From IMG/VR virus record IMGVR_UViG_3300032280_000361: a DNA stretch of 64,000 nt. One strand, written 5' to 3'. Both the position numbers and the translations under genes were made by a program. Under the pieces are notes generated by a model. The model made no database searches. It saw nothing but the letters and a program-made list of their open reading frames with translations, and was not told the DNA's origin. Below are positions 9,557 to 19,380 of the stretch, one piece after another (positions within the stretch are counted from its first letter, which is position 1; each line of letters begins with the position of its first letter). This stretch comes from a virus (Duplodnaviria > Heunggongvirae > Uroviricota > Caudoviricetes).

Positions 9557-10213
9557 TTATTTATTATACTGAACATTGAAAAGTAATGCGAATCGATTAA
9601 CATCTTCTACCACTTCACTAACCATATGAAATGGGTCTGATTCTCCACTAAAATTAAGGAATACAATATCCGCAAAAGATGGTATCACTTTATCATCTTC
9701 AACAACGAATAATCCACCATATTCCTCTTTATAATCTTTATTGAGATAGATAAGTACATTAGAGGGTTTCTGTTGTCTGAATTCTTTATATCCATCAGGC
9801 TTACCATCTTTATGACCACCTAATTTACAACCTTTTGTATAAAGTGTTAGTAATGGTTTTCCTGCAAATAATGTATGTCTTTTTTGGCATTGCTCTTTGA
9901 ATAACTCAAATGATTTATCTATTATCCATTTATATGTGTTAGGGTAATCACTCCAATCTAATTCACCTCCATTTAAGCACAATTGACCTAATTTACGATT
10001 AGAATCATCCGAATACCATTCCGTAATCATATTCACATATGATTTAGCTTTTTGGTGTGATTCATGTATTTCCATTCCACCGAAATGACCAGCACCTCTA
10101 TGTATGGTTTTAGTATAGTTTTCTATCTGAGTTGATAAGTGGTATATCTCATCCAATTCTCCCTTTAAATGATTTATATCATATAAGTTCTCTTTATAGT
10201 ATGCACCTTCCAT
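9557..10213 (-). CDS. 2OG-Fe(II) oxygenase-like (cupin) protein
   Basis: HKDG (HxD) ..GGLFVV.. FHMVSEV..NRFALLF (distal His, Arg) pattern. Confidence 0.4.
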   Translation of the reverse strand: MEGAYYKENLYDINHLKGELDEIYHLSTQIENYTKTIHRGAGHFGGMEIHESHQKAKSYVNMITEWYSDDSNRKLGQLCLNGGELDWSDYPNTYKWIIDKSFELFKEQCQKRHTLFAGKPLLTLYTKGCKLGGHKDGKPDGYKEFRQQKPSNVLIYLNKDYKEEYGGLFVVEDDKVIPSFADIVFLNFSGESDPFHMVSEVVEDVNRFALLFNVQYNK

Positions 10214-10269
10214 AATTTTGTATTTACGTTATAATTATAGATATAATCGTTTTATTAAAATGTTTTGAT

Positions 10270-11232
10270 ATGAAAAAAACCTTTACTATAGATTTCGGCA
10301 AATTCGATGAGAATAGATTAGTTTCCGAATATTCATTAGATTTTGAAGTACAAGAAAATCCCATTGCGGAATTGTGGTATGATATGTTAAATGGTTTACT
10401 GAGAGATGAAACCTGGAAGTTAGAAACCCGTTGGGGAGCATTTAAACTACCAACTCGTCATCCTAAGATATTAGTAGATAAGTTAAAACGATGTGTTGAA
10501 ACAATTAACAACTCCGATTGGTTTGAATATCATATTATAGAATCTGATATGATTACAGAAGATTACCCAATGGAGGTTCATAATATAATCCACCATCATT
10601 TCGAAACCCTAATCGGACAAGTGTGGAGACCATCCGAATATTGGAATAGAATATGTGAAAGACAAGATTGGGCTCTTATAAATGCAGTTAGAGGATTAAA
10701 TGACCTATCACATGAAATCGAAGAGTGGAATATGAAGGGAGATGCTACAATTTATACCACCTTTATGAATGGGGTCTCTCCGATACAAAAAGTAGAACTA
10801 CCAAAAGAAGCGGATGATTGGTTTACATTAGATGGTGCGTTTGGCAGAGGATATCTTCACTACGCACAATTAGGAAAGACGTGGCAAGAAGTGTGTATTG
10901 ATGATGATGACCAAATAGAACCAGGTAATATTTCCGAACACCGATTACTTAGTGGAGAATTTGATTTACAATTCTCTTTATTCGATAGAACTCACGAAGG
11001 AATGATTGAGACATTTGGTATGAGAGATAAACTCGCTAAATTTGAAAAAACACCTGAAGATAAAAGTTTGAGATTAGGATATTGTCCTGTATTTGATGTA
11101 AAGGGACAAGATAAGTTTAGTACATTAGATAAAGAAAATATAATTGATGGGATTAGAAACCATCCACAAATTATACGAATGAAATTTAGTGATGTGGGTA
11201 GAGCATTTACTCCATACTACGACCCATACTAA
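10270..11232 (+). CDS. hypothetical protein (only large plus-strand gene in first 54 kb)
   Basis: 320-aa ORF in a gap between minus-strand genes, divergent AT-rich promoter region 10214-10269. Confidence 0.5.
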   Translation: MKKTFTIDFGKFDENRLVSEYSLDFEVQENPIAELWYDMLNGLLRDETWKLETRWGAFKLPTRHPKILVDKLKRCVETINNSDWFEYHIIESDMITEDYPMEVHNIIHHHFETLIGQVWRPSEYWNRICERQDWALINAVRGLNDLSHEIEEWNMKGDATIYTTFMNGVSPIQKVELPKEADDWFTLDGAFGRGYLHYAQLGKTWQEVCIDDDDQIEPGNISEHRLLSGEFDLQFSLFDRTHEGMIETFGMRDKLAKFEKTPEDKSLRLGYCPVFDVKGQDKFSTLDKENIIDGIRNHPQIIRMKFSDVGRAFTPYYDPY

Positions 11233-11896
11233 TTAACTTCTCTGCTAAAACTTTATTACCTTCCTCCGATAGATGTAAATCTTCTTTTGAGTAAGTTAAA
11301 TCGTTTTTCTTAGCCCAATTGAGACAAGATAGTTCATTTCCAAATCGGATAAAATTAATCTTATTGAACATAGGAGTTGATTTATACCAACTGTCAAAGT
11401 ATATGAATATAATTTTAGAACCTATCTTCTCAACACTACTCTGAATGTTATACAACGAATACAATAGTTTATTATATTCATAATCATCGTTATATAAATA
11501 TTTTTGATAATCTCTAAATAATTCTAACTTCTTTTCATAGAATTCAATTGATTCTCCATTACCATCTCCAAACATTGCCTGAAAATTAGAAACAATCTCA
11601 TCACCTTTATTGGGGTTAACCATATTTTGTAAAGATATTAAGCTTCTAAATTTAGAATCATAATAAGAATACCTAGTTAAGAATGTAGGCTGAAATAAAA
11701 TCAAAGAATCCTTTAATTCGTATTGGTGATATCGTTTATTGAATTCATTTATGATAGCCTCATTGGAATTTCCAGGTATAGAATGATTCTGATACTGAAC
11801 TCCATAATCATTAGCAACTAAATCAACAAATCCTTTGGTAAAATCCTGTCTCCAACAAGAGAAAGAACAACCAAAGGATATAATGCTATTTATCAT
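11207..11896 (-). CDS. SGNH/GDSL-like hydrolase family protein (paralog 1 of 4)
   Basis: N-terminal block SFGCSFS resembling GDS(L) motif; related N-termini in 25643-26521, 30637-31497, 57917-58555. Confidence 0.4.
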   Translation of the reverse strand: MINSIISFGCSFSCWRQDFTKGFVDLVANDYGVQYQNHSIPGNSNEAIINEFNKRYHQYELKDSLILFQPTFLTRYSYYDSKFRSLISLQNMVNPNKGDEIVSNFQAMFGDGNGESIEFYEKKLELFRDYQKYLYNDDYEYNKLLYSLYNIQSSVEKIGSKIIFIYFDSWYKSTPMFNKINFIRFGNELSCLNWAKKNDLTYSKEDLHLSEEGNKVLAEKLISMGRSME

Positions 11897-11906
11897 AAAT
11901 TAAATT

Positions 11907-12284
11907 GGTGGAGGTGGAGGGAGTCGAACCCTCGTCCAAATACGGATTTAATAAACCTCATTCACAAGCTTAGTTTGTTTTTCTTAACAAACAAAATATT
12001 CGGTTGGTTCTTCACCATCGGCAACCGATAAACAATAGGTGATTCGATTTCGGGTTCAATCACTTTTCCACCTTGGTACACATTCTATTTTATATCCCAC
12101 GATGTGTGCGGGAGAGATTAGGCTGCTACAGCGTAATCAGCACCAACGAATGCCATTGCATCTTCGAAGGTCATTGTAGATAATTCTACGTCGTTTATTG
12201 TTCGATAGGTATTTAAGGATTTCCATCTAACCCTGCTTGCATCAACGTACTAACTCATCGTACCTGTCAAAACCAGGCACCCCC
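11907..12284 (-). ncRNA. ssrA: tmRNA (ssrA)
   Basis: 5' GGGGGUG pairs 3' CACCUCC-ACCA; T-arm GAGGGUUCGACUCCCUC; internal tag frame ...AFVGADYAVAA-TAA; ~378 nt. Confidence 0.75.
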
Positions 12285-12286
12285 AA

Positions 12287-13867
12287 TTATTTTTTGTAGA
12301 ATATAAATATCGGTTCATATTTGTAGAACTGACCACCTATCTTCATACTATTTTTAACACCACTTAAATCAACTCCCGTCATTGGAGACATCGTCATTCG
12401 GATTTTACCTTGATACTCCATACCTAATTCGGTTAGTATATCAATTGAATCCTGTTCCAATGGATAGAAACTTTTTCCTATCTTAATATCAGCAATGTTC
12501 CATAATATATATCTATCATTTCTTAAATACTCAAATGCGGTTACTAAAGTAGGTCGTAAAAATCCATCTCTCCAACTCTCATAGTTTCCAAATTTCTTAA
12601 ATGATTGTGTTTCATCATCGGAATATCTTTCTCTATCAAAGTAAGGAGGTGAAGTAAAAATAAAATCTAAATTACCTTTATACTTTTGAAATCCTTCTTC
12701 CTCACTAATAATCTCTGAGCCTGTTCTATAAATCTCATATGTGTTTTTATGCCCCCAAAATGGATTACATGCTCCAGGTATTTTAGAGTTAAAGAATTCA
12801 GCTAAGTACTCATATCTACTCTTATCAATTTCAGGAATATAATTTTCTGTATTTGGGTCATTACCTATGTAGTGAATGTTTCTATCATCAACCGATAATG
12901 CACCTAATATTCTACCTCCCCAACCAGAAGATGGGTCATAGATATTAATTTGCTTTTGGTCTTTAATATGGTTTGTATATTTCTGATACAAATACTTTGC
13001 AGTTAGTGGAGGAAAGTTTACAGCTGCTTGTGTACCCATTCCAATTCTAAATGCCGCAGTTGCTTCAGGAAAAATAGTTTGACCTAAAGGATACCACTTT
13101 AATTGAATAGGTTGTTTTTCTAATTCAGTTAATGCATCAATATCTTCTCCCCAATTAGCAGTTTTAAGAGATGAAATATGTTTATACTCAATTACTCCTG
13201 CTTTATATAATTCCTTTACCTCTTCCGCAGTAATTGGTAAAGATTCAATTCTACTATCAGTTTGTGCTAAGCAAAAATCATGCCCTTCCCACACATTTCC
13301 ATTCATCCATTTTTCAATCCACTCTTTACCTGTAGTAAGATGTGAATTATGATGTTCTTTATTATCTTTAGCTAATGTTTTAGAGAAACGATACATAGCA
13401 TCTTGTCGTGTCAATCTTCTCATTTGTTTTGCAAATTCAGGAAGAAATTCATCGTTACAGAATATATCGTATATAGAGGGTTTTGGTTTATCATAAGAAG
13501 AACCACCAATCCCAGTCTTATACATCGCAGGAAAGAATTGGTTTACCGGAGTAGCAAATTTATTGAAGTTAAAAATAACATCATTTCCATCATCATCCTT
13601 CTCTTCAAATTTATCAACCTTATAGGTTTGTAATTTAGAAAATTGGTCAATAATTTCAGCCTCCGAAGAACCAATACGTGGAGGTGCTCCTGTTTTGTTC
13701 CACTCATCAACTACGGTCTTACGGAACATAGTAACCCACTCTTCGAATTCGGTAAGTGTCATTTTAAGTACATCTTCATATTTTAAGTTAATATGAGGTT
13801 CGTTAAAATAATCACACTTTTCGTAAAAATATTTCTTATCTGACATTATAATTTTATTAGTCTTCAA
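12287..13867 (-). CDS. SAM-dependent methyltransferase, (S)PPY family (paralog of 4003-5217)
   Basis: DPSSGWGGR motif I, FTSPPYFDRERYSDDETQSF motif IV block. Confidence 0.55.
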   Translation of the reverse strand: MKTNKIIMSDKKYFYEKCDYFNEPHINLKYEDVLKMTLTEFEEWVTMFRKTVVDEWNKTGAPPRIGSSEAEIIDQFSKLQTYKVDKFEEKDDDGNDVIFNFNKFATPVNQFFPAMYKTGIGGSSYDKPKPSIYDIFCNDEFLPEFAKQMRRLTRQDAMYRFSKTLAKDNKEHHNSHLTTGKEWIEKWMNGNVWEGHDFCLAQTDSRIESLPITAEEVKELYKAGVIEYKHISSLKTANWGEDIDALTELEKQPIQLKWYPLGQTIFPEATAAFRIGMGTQAAVNFPPLTAKYLYQKYTNHIKDQKQINIYDPSSGWGGRILGALSVDDRNIHYIGNDPNTENYIPEIDKSRYEYLAEFFNSKIPGACNPFWGHKNTYEIYRTGSEIISEEEGFQKYKGNLDFIFTSPPYFDRERYSDDETQSFKKFGNYESWRDGFLRPTLVTAFEYLRNDRYILWNIADIKIGKSFYPLEQDSIDILTELGMEYQGKIRMTMSPMTGVDLSGVKNSMKIGGQFYKYEPIFIFYKK

Positions 13868-13900
13868 AGATACGAAAAATAATCGATATATCCAAATAAA

Positions 13901-14929
13901 TTATTCTCTAATTGTATCTAAGGTTACACAATGAGGGCCACCACTAAACGTTCTAGCGTGCCTCATTTTAACGGGTATAGAATCTACCCCATACTTCTTT
14001 AATTCTTTCATAAGAGGGATTTGTCTTTCCTCTACTATCATTGTATTCTCATCGTAGGATAAGGTGTTCATTCCCAACCAGGGTGATGCTTCTGCCCAAT
14101 GTTCTAAACAATTTGTTTCCACCATCTCAGGAGAGTATATAACATCCCACGATTGAAAGATTTTAGGTAGGTTGGTACTATTTACCCTTTTAGGATTAAC
14201 TAAGACCAAACCCTCTCTAATGAGTACAAAAGTGGTATCAATATGAATGAACGCATACACATCTTCTATTGGATGTACATTATACGTTTCTTTCATATTA
14301 TCATCCAACCATTTTTGAAGATACTCTGCGCCGGCTCTATTACCGGTATTGGAAATTAGGAATAGTATATCGTTATTACACTTAAGGATATTAGCCGCAT
14401 CAAATACGGGTTCATCGTTCCTTAATGTTGGAGCAGGTAATAAACCCCTATCGTATATTGAATCTAATAATTTCGGTTTGGGAAAATCTACCCAATGTGT
14501 TTCATCGAATAGATGTTTAAATGCTCTCGTTTCATTTTGTCTTTGGCGGAGAGCCATAGGAGTAGCAATAACTTTATCTTCTATAACTAACATAGAATCT
14601 CTAGGGCAGTAACCATAGTATCCATCTACTTCCCAATTTTCAGTTGAATACTTCTCACTCCAATCTATCAGAGAAGGTCTATGTACTTTAACACCCAACC
14701 CTTCTAATGTAATCGATAGGTTATCTAAATCCTCTTTCGTTTCCTCAATCATCCAATTAGGATAAGTTCCATATGGTATCTTACGAAATTGGTCATCTGT
14801 ATAATTAGCATAATCAATTGTATGTAATGATTTATCTCTTATAGTAGGAATCTGAGCAAACTCCGGTCTACCAACTATTATCTCTTTTAGTTTCCCCCAC
14901 TCATTTCGTATGTAAGGTTTGATACTCAT
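13901..14929 (-). CDS. amidinotransferase / guanidino-group modifying enzyme superfamily protein
   Basis: C-terminal catalytic-Cys motif FSGGPHCVTLDTIRE, like GGxHC of amidinotransferases/deiminases. Confidence 0.55.
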   Translation of the reverse strand: MSIKPYIRNEWGKLKEIIVGRPEFAQIPTIRDKSLHTIDYANYTDDQFRKIPYGTYPNWMIEETKEDLDNLSITLEGLGVKVHRPSLIDWSEKYSTENWEVDGYYGYCPRDSMLVIEDKVIATPMALRQRQNETRAFKHLFDETHWVDFPKPKLLDSIYDRGLLPAPTLRNDEPVFDAANILKCNNDILFLISNTGNRAGAEYLQKWLDDNMKETYNVHPIEDVYAFIHIDTTFVLIREGLVLVNPKRVNSTNLPKIFQSWDVIYSPEMVETNCLEHWAEASPWLGMNTLSYDENTMIVEERQIPLMKELKKYGVDSIPVKMRHARTFSGGPHCVTLDTIRE

Positions 14930-14930
14930 A

Positions 14931-15500
14931 TTAATCTATAAATGCTGCATTAGCATCTCTTTTGGATAACGTAGGAGTTTTAGTAGGCCAATCTATCCCC
15001 AACTTAGGGTCATCCCATCTAGCCGTCTTTTGTTTCGTATCATCATTGTATTCACCTTCGTATGCCATTTTATATGTGAAAAGAGAATCATCTGTTAGAA
15101 CGTAATGTCCATTTGCAAACATCGGAGGGCAAAGTATCTGTATTTGAGTTTGAGGAGACATTATAAATGTTTCTGATTTTAGATATGTTTCTGATTCGGG
15201 TCTCATATCAACTAATACGGTGTACAATGAACCTAATGGACAACTTAATAATTTCCAAGTCTTATCATCATAATGTAATCCCCTTAATACGCCCTTATAT
15301 GATTGTGAATATCTATCGTGCTTAAATTGTAAATCAGGTGGTAATACCTTTGGGAAATAATCCGAATGAAATGTAGTCCATATAGAACCTCTAAATTCGT
15401 GATAAACTGAATTGGATATAATTTTTACATCCGTTAAAACCTTACCACTATTAACATGAAATTCATCCCAATTTTGGTTTTTGTAAAATAACTTTTCCAT
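14931..15500 (-). CDS. RmlC-like cupin (dTDP-sugar 3,5-epimerase family)
   Basis: HEFRGSIWTTF, GVLRGLHYD, KLLSCPLGSLYTVLVDMR, PPMFANGHYVLTDDSLFTYKMAYEGEY match RmlC blocks. Confidence 0.6.
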   Translation of the reverse strand: MEKLFYKNQNWDEFHVNSGKVLTDVKIISNSVYHEFRGSIWTTFHSDYFPKVLPPDLQFKHDRYSQSYKGVLRGLHYDDKTWKLLSCPLGSLYTVLVDMRPESETYLKSETFIMSPQTQIQILCPPMFANGHYVLTDDSLFTYKMAYEGEYNDDTKQKTARWDDPKLGIDWPTKTPTLSKRDANAAFID

Positions 15501-16159
15501 TATATTAAATTTTGTTTGTTTTTATCAATCCTAACTCTTCTATATGGCGATAATATCCATTCCATATAGTTAGATTCAACCATCTCCATATCTAGATATC
15601 TAAATAACTCTTCGATATGTTTTCTACTTTTTTCTAAAAATATATCTTCATAGTAGAATATAGGAAATTTTTGTTTAAATGATATAGTATGTAGAATTTC
15701 ACTTGATTTAGTATATCTATCAATCATTGTTTTGATATAAGATGGTTCTATTTTTTCAATATCATAAATCTTAGGTGTATGCCATCCAGTACCTTTTTCT
15801 CGCATAGATGTTTCATTTACTGCAAAACTTTCCGATTGAGCAAGTTTATCTTTTCTATCTAGTATAATTATTTTATCAAAATAAGAATAACACCAATTTA
15901 AGTATTCATATATGTCATTAAAAGATTTAATTGGATATTCTTCGTGCCCTAATAAAAATAAACTTTTAACCAATACATTATTATATTTGGTAACATATAA
16001 AATGGTATCTCTATCTTCATCATATTCTTTATTTGGATATAGGCTTTGATTAAATGGTTCTATAAACATTTGATAGTTTGATAATTTTATATGAGAATCA
16101 ATAAATTTTACTAATGAAGTTGAACCACTTCTAGGTGTACCTAATAATAATATTTTCAT
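15500..16159 (-). CDS. PAPS-dependent sulfotransferase
   Basis: 5'-PSB-like LLLGTPRSGSTSL; 3'-PB-like RKDKLAQSES. Confidence 0.55.
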   Translation of the reverse strand: MKILLLGTPRSGSTSLVKFIDSHIKLSNYQMFIEPFNQSLYPNKEYDEDRDTILYVTKYNNVLVKSLFLLGHEEYPIKSFNDIYEYLNWCYSYFDKIIILDRKDKLAQSESFAVNETSMREKGTGWHTPKIYDIEKIEPSYIKTMIDRYTKSSEILHTISFKQKFPIFYYEDIFLEKSRKHIEELFRYLDMEMVESNYMEWILSPYRRVRIDKNKQNLI

Positions 16160-16674
16160 AAAAGTGTAGAAGGATTCATTCTAAATTTATGTATGAACAT
16201 TGCTACCGCCCACCTCTCTCCCTTTGTTATCGGAGTAACTTGATGTGGTGTCTGAGATTGATATATACACACATTACCTATCTTTTTATCGATTACAATA
16301 GGTTCATCATTTTCATCGAATATTAAATAATCACCACCTTCAAAATCTTCGTTTAATATAATACCAACATTCCATTCCTTTATGGGAGTACCAGTATCGA
16401 TGTGTTTACCAAATTCATCACCCCCTGTATAATGATGTAAATTTAGTTTAGTAGGTTTTACAAAAATATTCAACCCTATTTGAGATTCAAAAAAATCACA
16501 CAATCTTTTAATCACCCAATCTATATCAGAGGCATACTCTAATGTATAAAATTTGTATCTAAAATCATCAAACTCTTCCCACCTACCATTTTCACCTAAT
16601 AGAGGATATTTGTTTTTTAACCCAATAATATAATCACACTCTTCTTTAGTGAATAAGATTGATTGAGATAACAT
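16156..16674 (-). CDS. 2OG-Fe(II) oxygenase, prolyl-4-hydroxylase-like
   Basis: KHIDTG (HxD) ... TPHQVTPITKGERWAVAMF (H..R.A..F). Confidence 0.65.
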   Translation of the reverse strand: MLSQSILFTKEECDYIIGLKNKYPLLGENGRWEEFDDFRYKFYTLEYASDIDWVIKRLCDFFESQIGLNIFVKPTKLNLHHYTGGDEFGKHIDTGTPIKEWNVGIILNEDFEGGDYLIFDENDEPIVIDKKIGNVCIYQSQTPHQVTPITKGERWAVAMFIHKFRMNPSTLL

Positions 16675-16829
16675 ATATTACGATAAGTGTTTAGCCTTAA
16701 TTCTGTTTACTACTTCTAAAACTGCTCCAGCAACTTTAGTTTTTACTTCAGTTGTTAGTGGAGCTATTAAGCTAGTAATTGTTTGATTAGGTCGTTCTAT
16801 TTTTATTTTTGTTGCCATATTTTTATAAT

Positions 16830-18320
16830 TTATCTTTTTGCTACTCTAAAATTATTACAGTTTGGACAATAATTTGAGTTACAATAGTATCCACAATATA
16901 TCCAAGGACACCAACAACTATTGTGCATTATACCAAAGAGCCCATCCCCCACATCAACTAAGAATAGGTCAGATGGTTCGAAATCTAATGCATATATTGT
17001 TTTGTGAGCGTACTCCATTTCTAATCCCGTAACTAATTCAGCAGTTAGTTCGTTAGTAGTAGGGTCAATTAAAACTAATTTATCACCTACCATCATTTTG
17101 TTTACTTTATCCCATCTAGTTGATATAGAACCCGATTCTTCAAAGTAATATGTACAAGATGGAGCATCTGACCAAGTTGTTCCGTTTTCTAATGTAATCC
17201 TAATATAAATTGTTTCAACCGATGCAGATAATATTGCATTTAAACTAGATGAAACATTCGTTAAACTTGCACTAGTGTGTTGAAGTGTACCATCCCAACC
17301 TAATAATGTTAGGTTTCTATCACCGGTTGGAGATGTTCCATTCAAATCGGTAAAATCAATTGATTTAATGTAATCGCCTAATTGAAGAGTATCAACATCT
17401 TTTAAAGAGCCGGTATAATCTAAAATCATAGAATCATCATCGGTGTGGTAATCTATAGATGTTTCCCTACCTACAGGTTTATTAATGTATTTAAATTTAG
17501 TTTTTACATTTAATTTTTTACTACCACTTACAAATTCATTTTCAAAAAAATCTAATGGAACTATACTAGAATTTTTATACCCACCCATATGAATAGTATC
17601 AAGTTCCGAACCGTAAATTATATCAACGCTTCTTATTACATTCCATCTACCATTTAATATATTTGCTTCATCATATACAAATTCTTGCATCAAATTATTA
17701 TCGGTTTCTAAAATTTCCGATTTTAATTGATTCAATTCTTCCTCATTTGATAGTGAATATAAAGCAGGTAATTCTTCCTGATTATATACTGGATATCTAT
17801 GTTTTACTAAAACATTTGGATGTAAACTATTACTGTAATCTACAGAACCCATTGTATCAAAATTTATTTCAGCAGTTTCAAAATATGTTTTTGGAATATA
17901 TTCTGAAGTATGCATTAAATTAAAAAATTCAAACTTATCCGCACAATATGATTCATCTACTAATGCAGTTGTATCATATGATTGTCTTAAAATAAATCGA
18001 GTTGGTCTATCTTCTATATATGGAACTGTAATTGAATTATTAGGTACTACATATTGAAAATATTCTATACCTATTGATTCACATCGTTCTTTTATAATAT
18101 CTTCAAATCTATATGATTCTCCTAATGGAACGTGCGTATCACCCTCAGTATAAATAAAGTGGAACTCTGTTATATTATTATCCACTAAAACATCAAATAA
18201 TACATCATAATCCAACATATCAGCGCCCGCGTTGTATATGGTGGTATTAGTGTTAATTTCTAAAATCTTAACTGAACCGCTTTGTTCTAGTAAATCAGTA
18301 CCTATAATCGTTCCTTTCAT
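16830..18320 (-). CDS. hypothetical protein with Cys/Trp/Tyr/Pro-rich C-terminal 35 aa
   Basis: 496 aa; C-terminus HNSCWCPWIYCGYYCNSNYCPNCNNFRVAKR (8 Cys, 2 Trp, 5 Tyr, 2 Pro). Confidence 0.5.
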   Translation of the reverse strand: MKGTIIGTDLLEQSGSVKILEINTNTTIYNAGADMLDYDVLFDVLVDNNITEFHFIYTEGDTHVPLGESYRFEDIIKERCESIGIEYFQYVVPNNSITVPYIEDRPTRFILRQSYDTTALVDESYCADKFEFFNLMHTSEYIPKTYFETAEINFDTMGSVDYSNSLHPNVLVKHRYPVYNQEELPALYSLSNEEELNQLKSEILETDNNLMQEFVYDEANILNGRWNVIRSVDIIYGSELDTIHMGGYKNSSIVPLDFFENEFVSGSKKLNVKTKFKYINKPVGRETSIDYHTDDDSMILDYTGSLKDVDTLQLGDYIKSIDFTDLNGTSPTGDRNLTLLGWDGTLQHTSASLTNVSSSLNAILSASVETIYIRITLENGTTWSDAPSCTYYFEESGSISTRWDKVNKMMVGDKLVLIDPTTNELTAELVTGLEMEYAHKTIYALDFEPSDLFLVDVGDGLFGIMHNSCWCPWIYCGYYCNSNYCPNCNNFRVAKR

Positions 18321-18347
18321 ACTTTGGTATTTATATATCTATATATA

Positions 18348-18653
18348 TTATAGAATGGTTTTTTTATGTTTAATTCCTATATAAGTATTGTATTTTTTAT
18401 CAATCTCGTCCCATTTTTCCAATGGACATGGGTTGATTTTTCCTGAGAATATCTTCTTATCTATTGGACAGCCACATCCATTACAATATGCAGACCATTT
18501 CTTTTTTTCAAATAGTTCAACATAATTTTCACATTTAGGTATATCACCATTCCCCCTACATACTAAAGCCCTGTCTTCAGATTGTTGCTTTTGTTCATAT
18601 GTAGGATTAGCCGATGTAACCCATGCATCAAATACTTCTCTAAAATTGAACAT
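18348..18653 (-). CDS. small Cys-rich protein
   Basis: 101 aa with CRGNGDIPKCENY...YCNGCGCPID...NPCPLEKW. Confidence 0.45.
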   Translation of the reverse strand: MFNFREVFDAWVTSANPTYEQKQQSEDRALVCRGNGDIPKCENYVELFEKKKWSAYCNGCGCPIDKKIFSGKINPCPLEKWDEIDKKYNTYIGIKHKKTIL

Positions 18654-18654
18654 C

Positions 18655-19380
18655 TTATAATAATGTTTTTATTGATTTTGGGAAATCATAGTAATCATAA
18701 ATAGAATCGTATAATTTTATAAAATCATCGTTTAACTCTAAATTACATTTAAAATGTTGACTACCATTTGTTCTTTCTAACTTAAAAGGTTTATTAATTT
18801 TATTAGATACCCAGTCTTCCATCTCATCCAATTTTTCAAAATCAAACCATATTATATCCGAATCATGCATATGCCAATATGATGTAGGTGTGTATAGTAT
18901 ATCAAAAATATTTAAACCATAAAAATGGTCAACCGGTAAATCTAATCTTTGTAAAAATTGTGATATCATTTTAAATCTTTTAGATTTAGATATTATATCA
19001 ACGGAATTAAAAAATAGTATTTCTTCTAATGTTAGGTTTATTAATTTGTTATAAATATCTATTTCACCTATCCTAAAAAACTCGTGAATAGTATGTTTAA
19101 ATAATGATATAAATCTTTCATGTCGATTTCTTTTTACGGATATCACATCATACCCATTTCCAAACTTTTTCTTTAATTTATGCAGTTCTTCATGTCCATG
19201 CATTATAACATCCATTAACCTATCATTTTCTACTTTACTTATATCAATATCTGCATTTAAAGTATTCCATTCAGATTCTCCATTTTCAACACCAATGCCA
19301 TTCTTTAAACAAGACCAATGAAATGAAGATGATGCACATCTTGGCAATGCAATGTATATGAATTTTTTATCAATTAGCAT
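18655..19380 (-). CDS. sulfotransferase-like protein
   Basis: YIALPRCASSSF (PKSGTT-like 5'-PSB), KRNRHERFISLF (3'-PB-like). Confidence 0.45.
   Translation of the reverse strand: MLIDKKFIYIALPRCASSSFHWSCLKNGIGVENGESEWNTLNADIDISKVENDRLMDVIMHGHEELHKLKKKFGNGYDVISVKRNRHERFISLFKHTIHEFFRIGEIDIYNKLINLTLEEILFFNSVDIISKSKRFKMISQFLQRLDLPVDHFYGLNIFDILYTPTSYWHMHDSDIIWFDFEKLDEMEDWVSNKINKPFKLERTNGSQHFKCNLELNDDFIKLYDSIYDYYDFPKSIKTLL

Noticed and set aside
11900-12290. tmRNA locus as a prophage attachment site (attB/attL) marking a host-phage boundary
   Set aside because: Both flanks are the same co-directional, overlapping, phage-like operon, with a methyltransferase 2 nt upstream and an SGNH gene 10 nt downstream. 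I found no duplicated 3' ssrA segment and no integrase, so the phage-carried interpretation is preferred.
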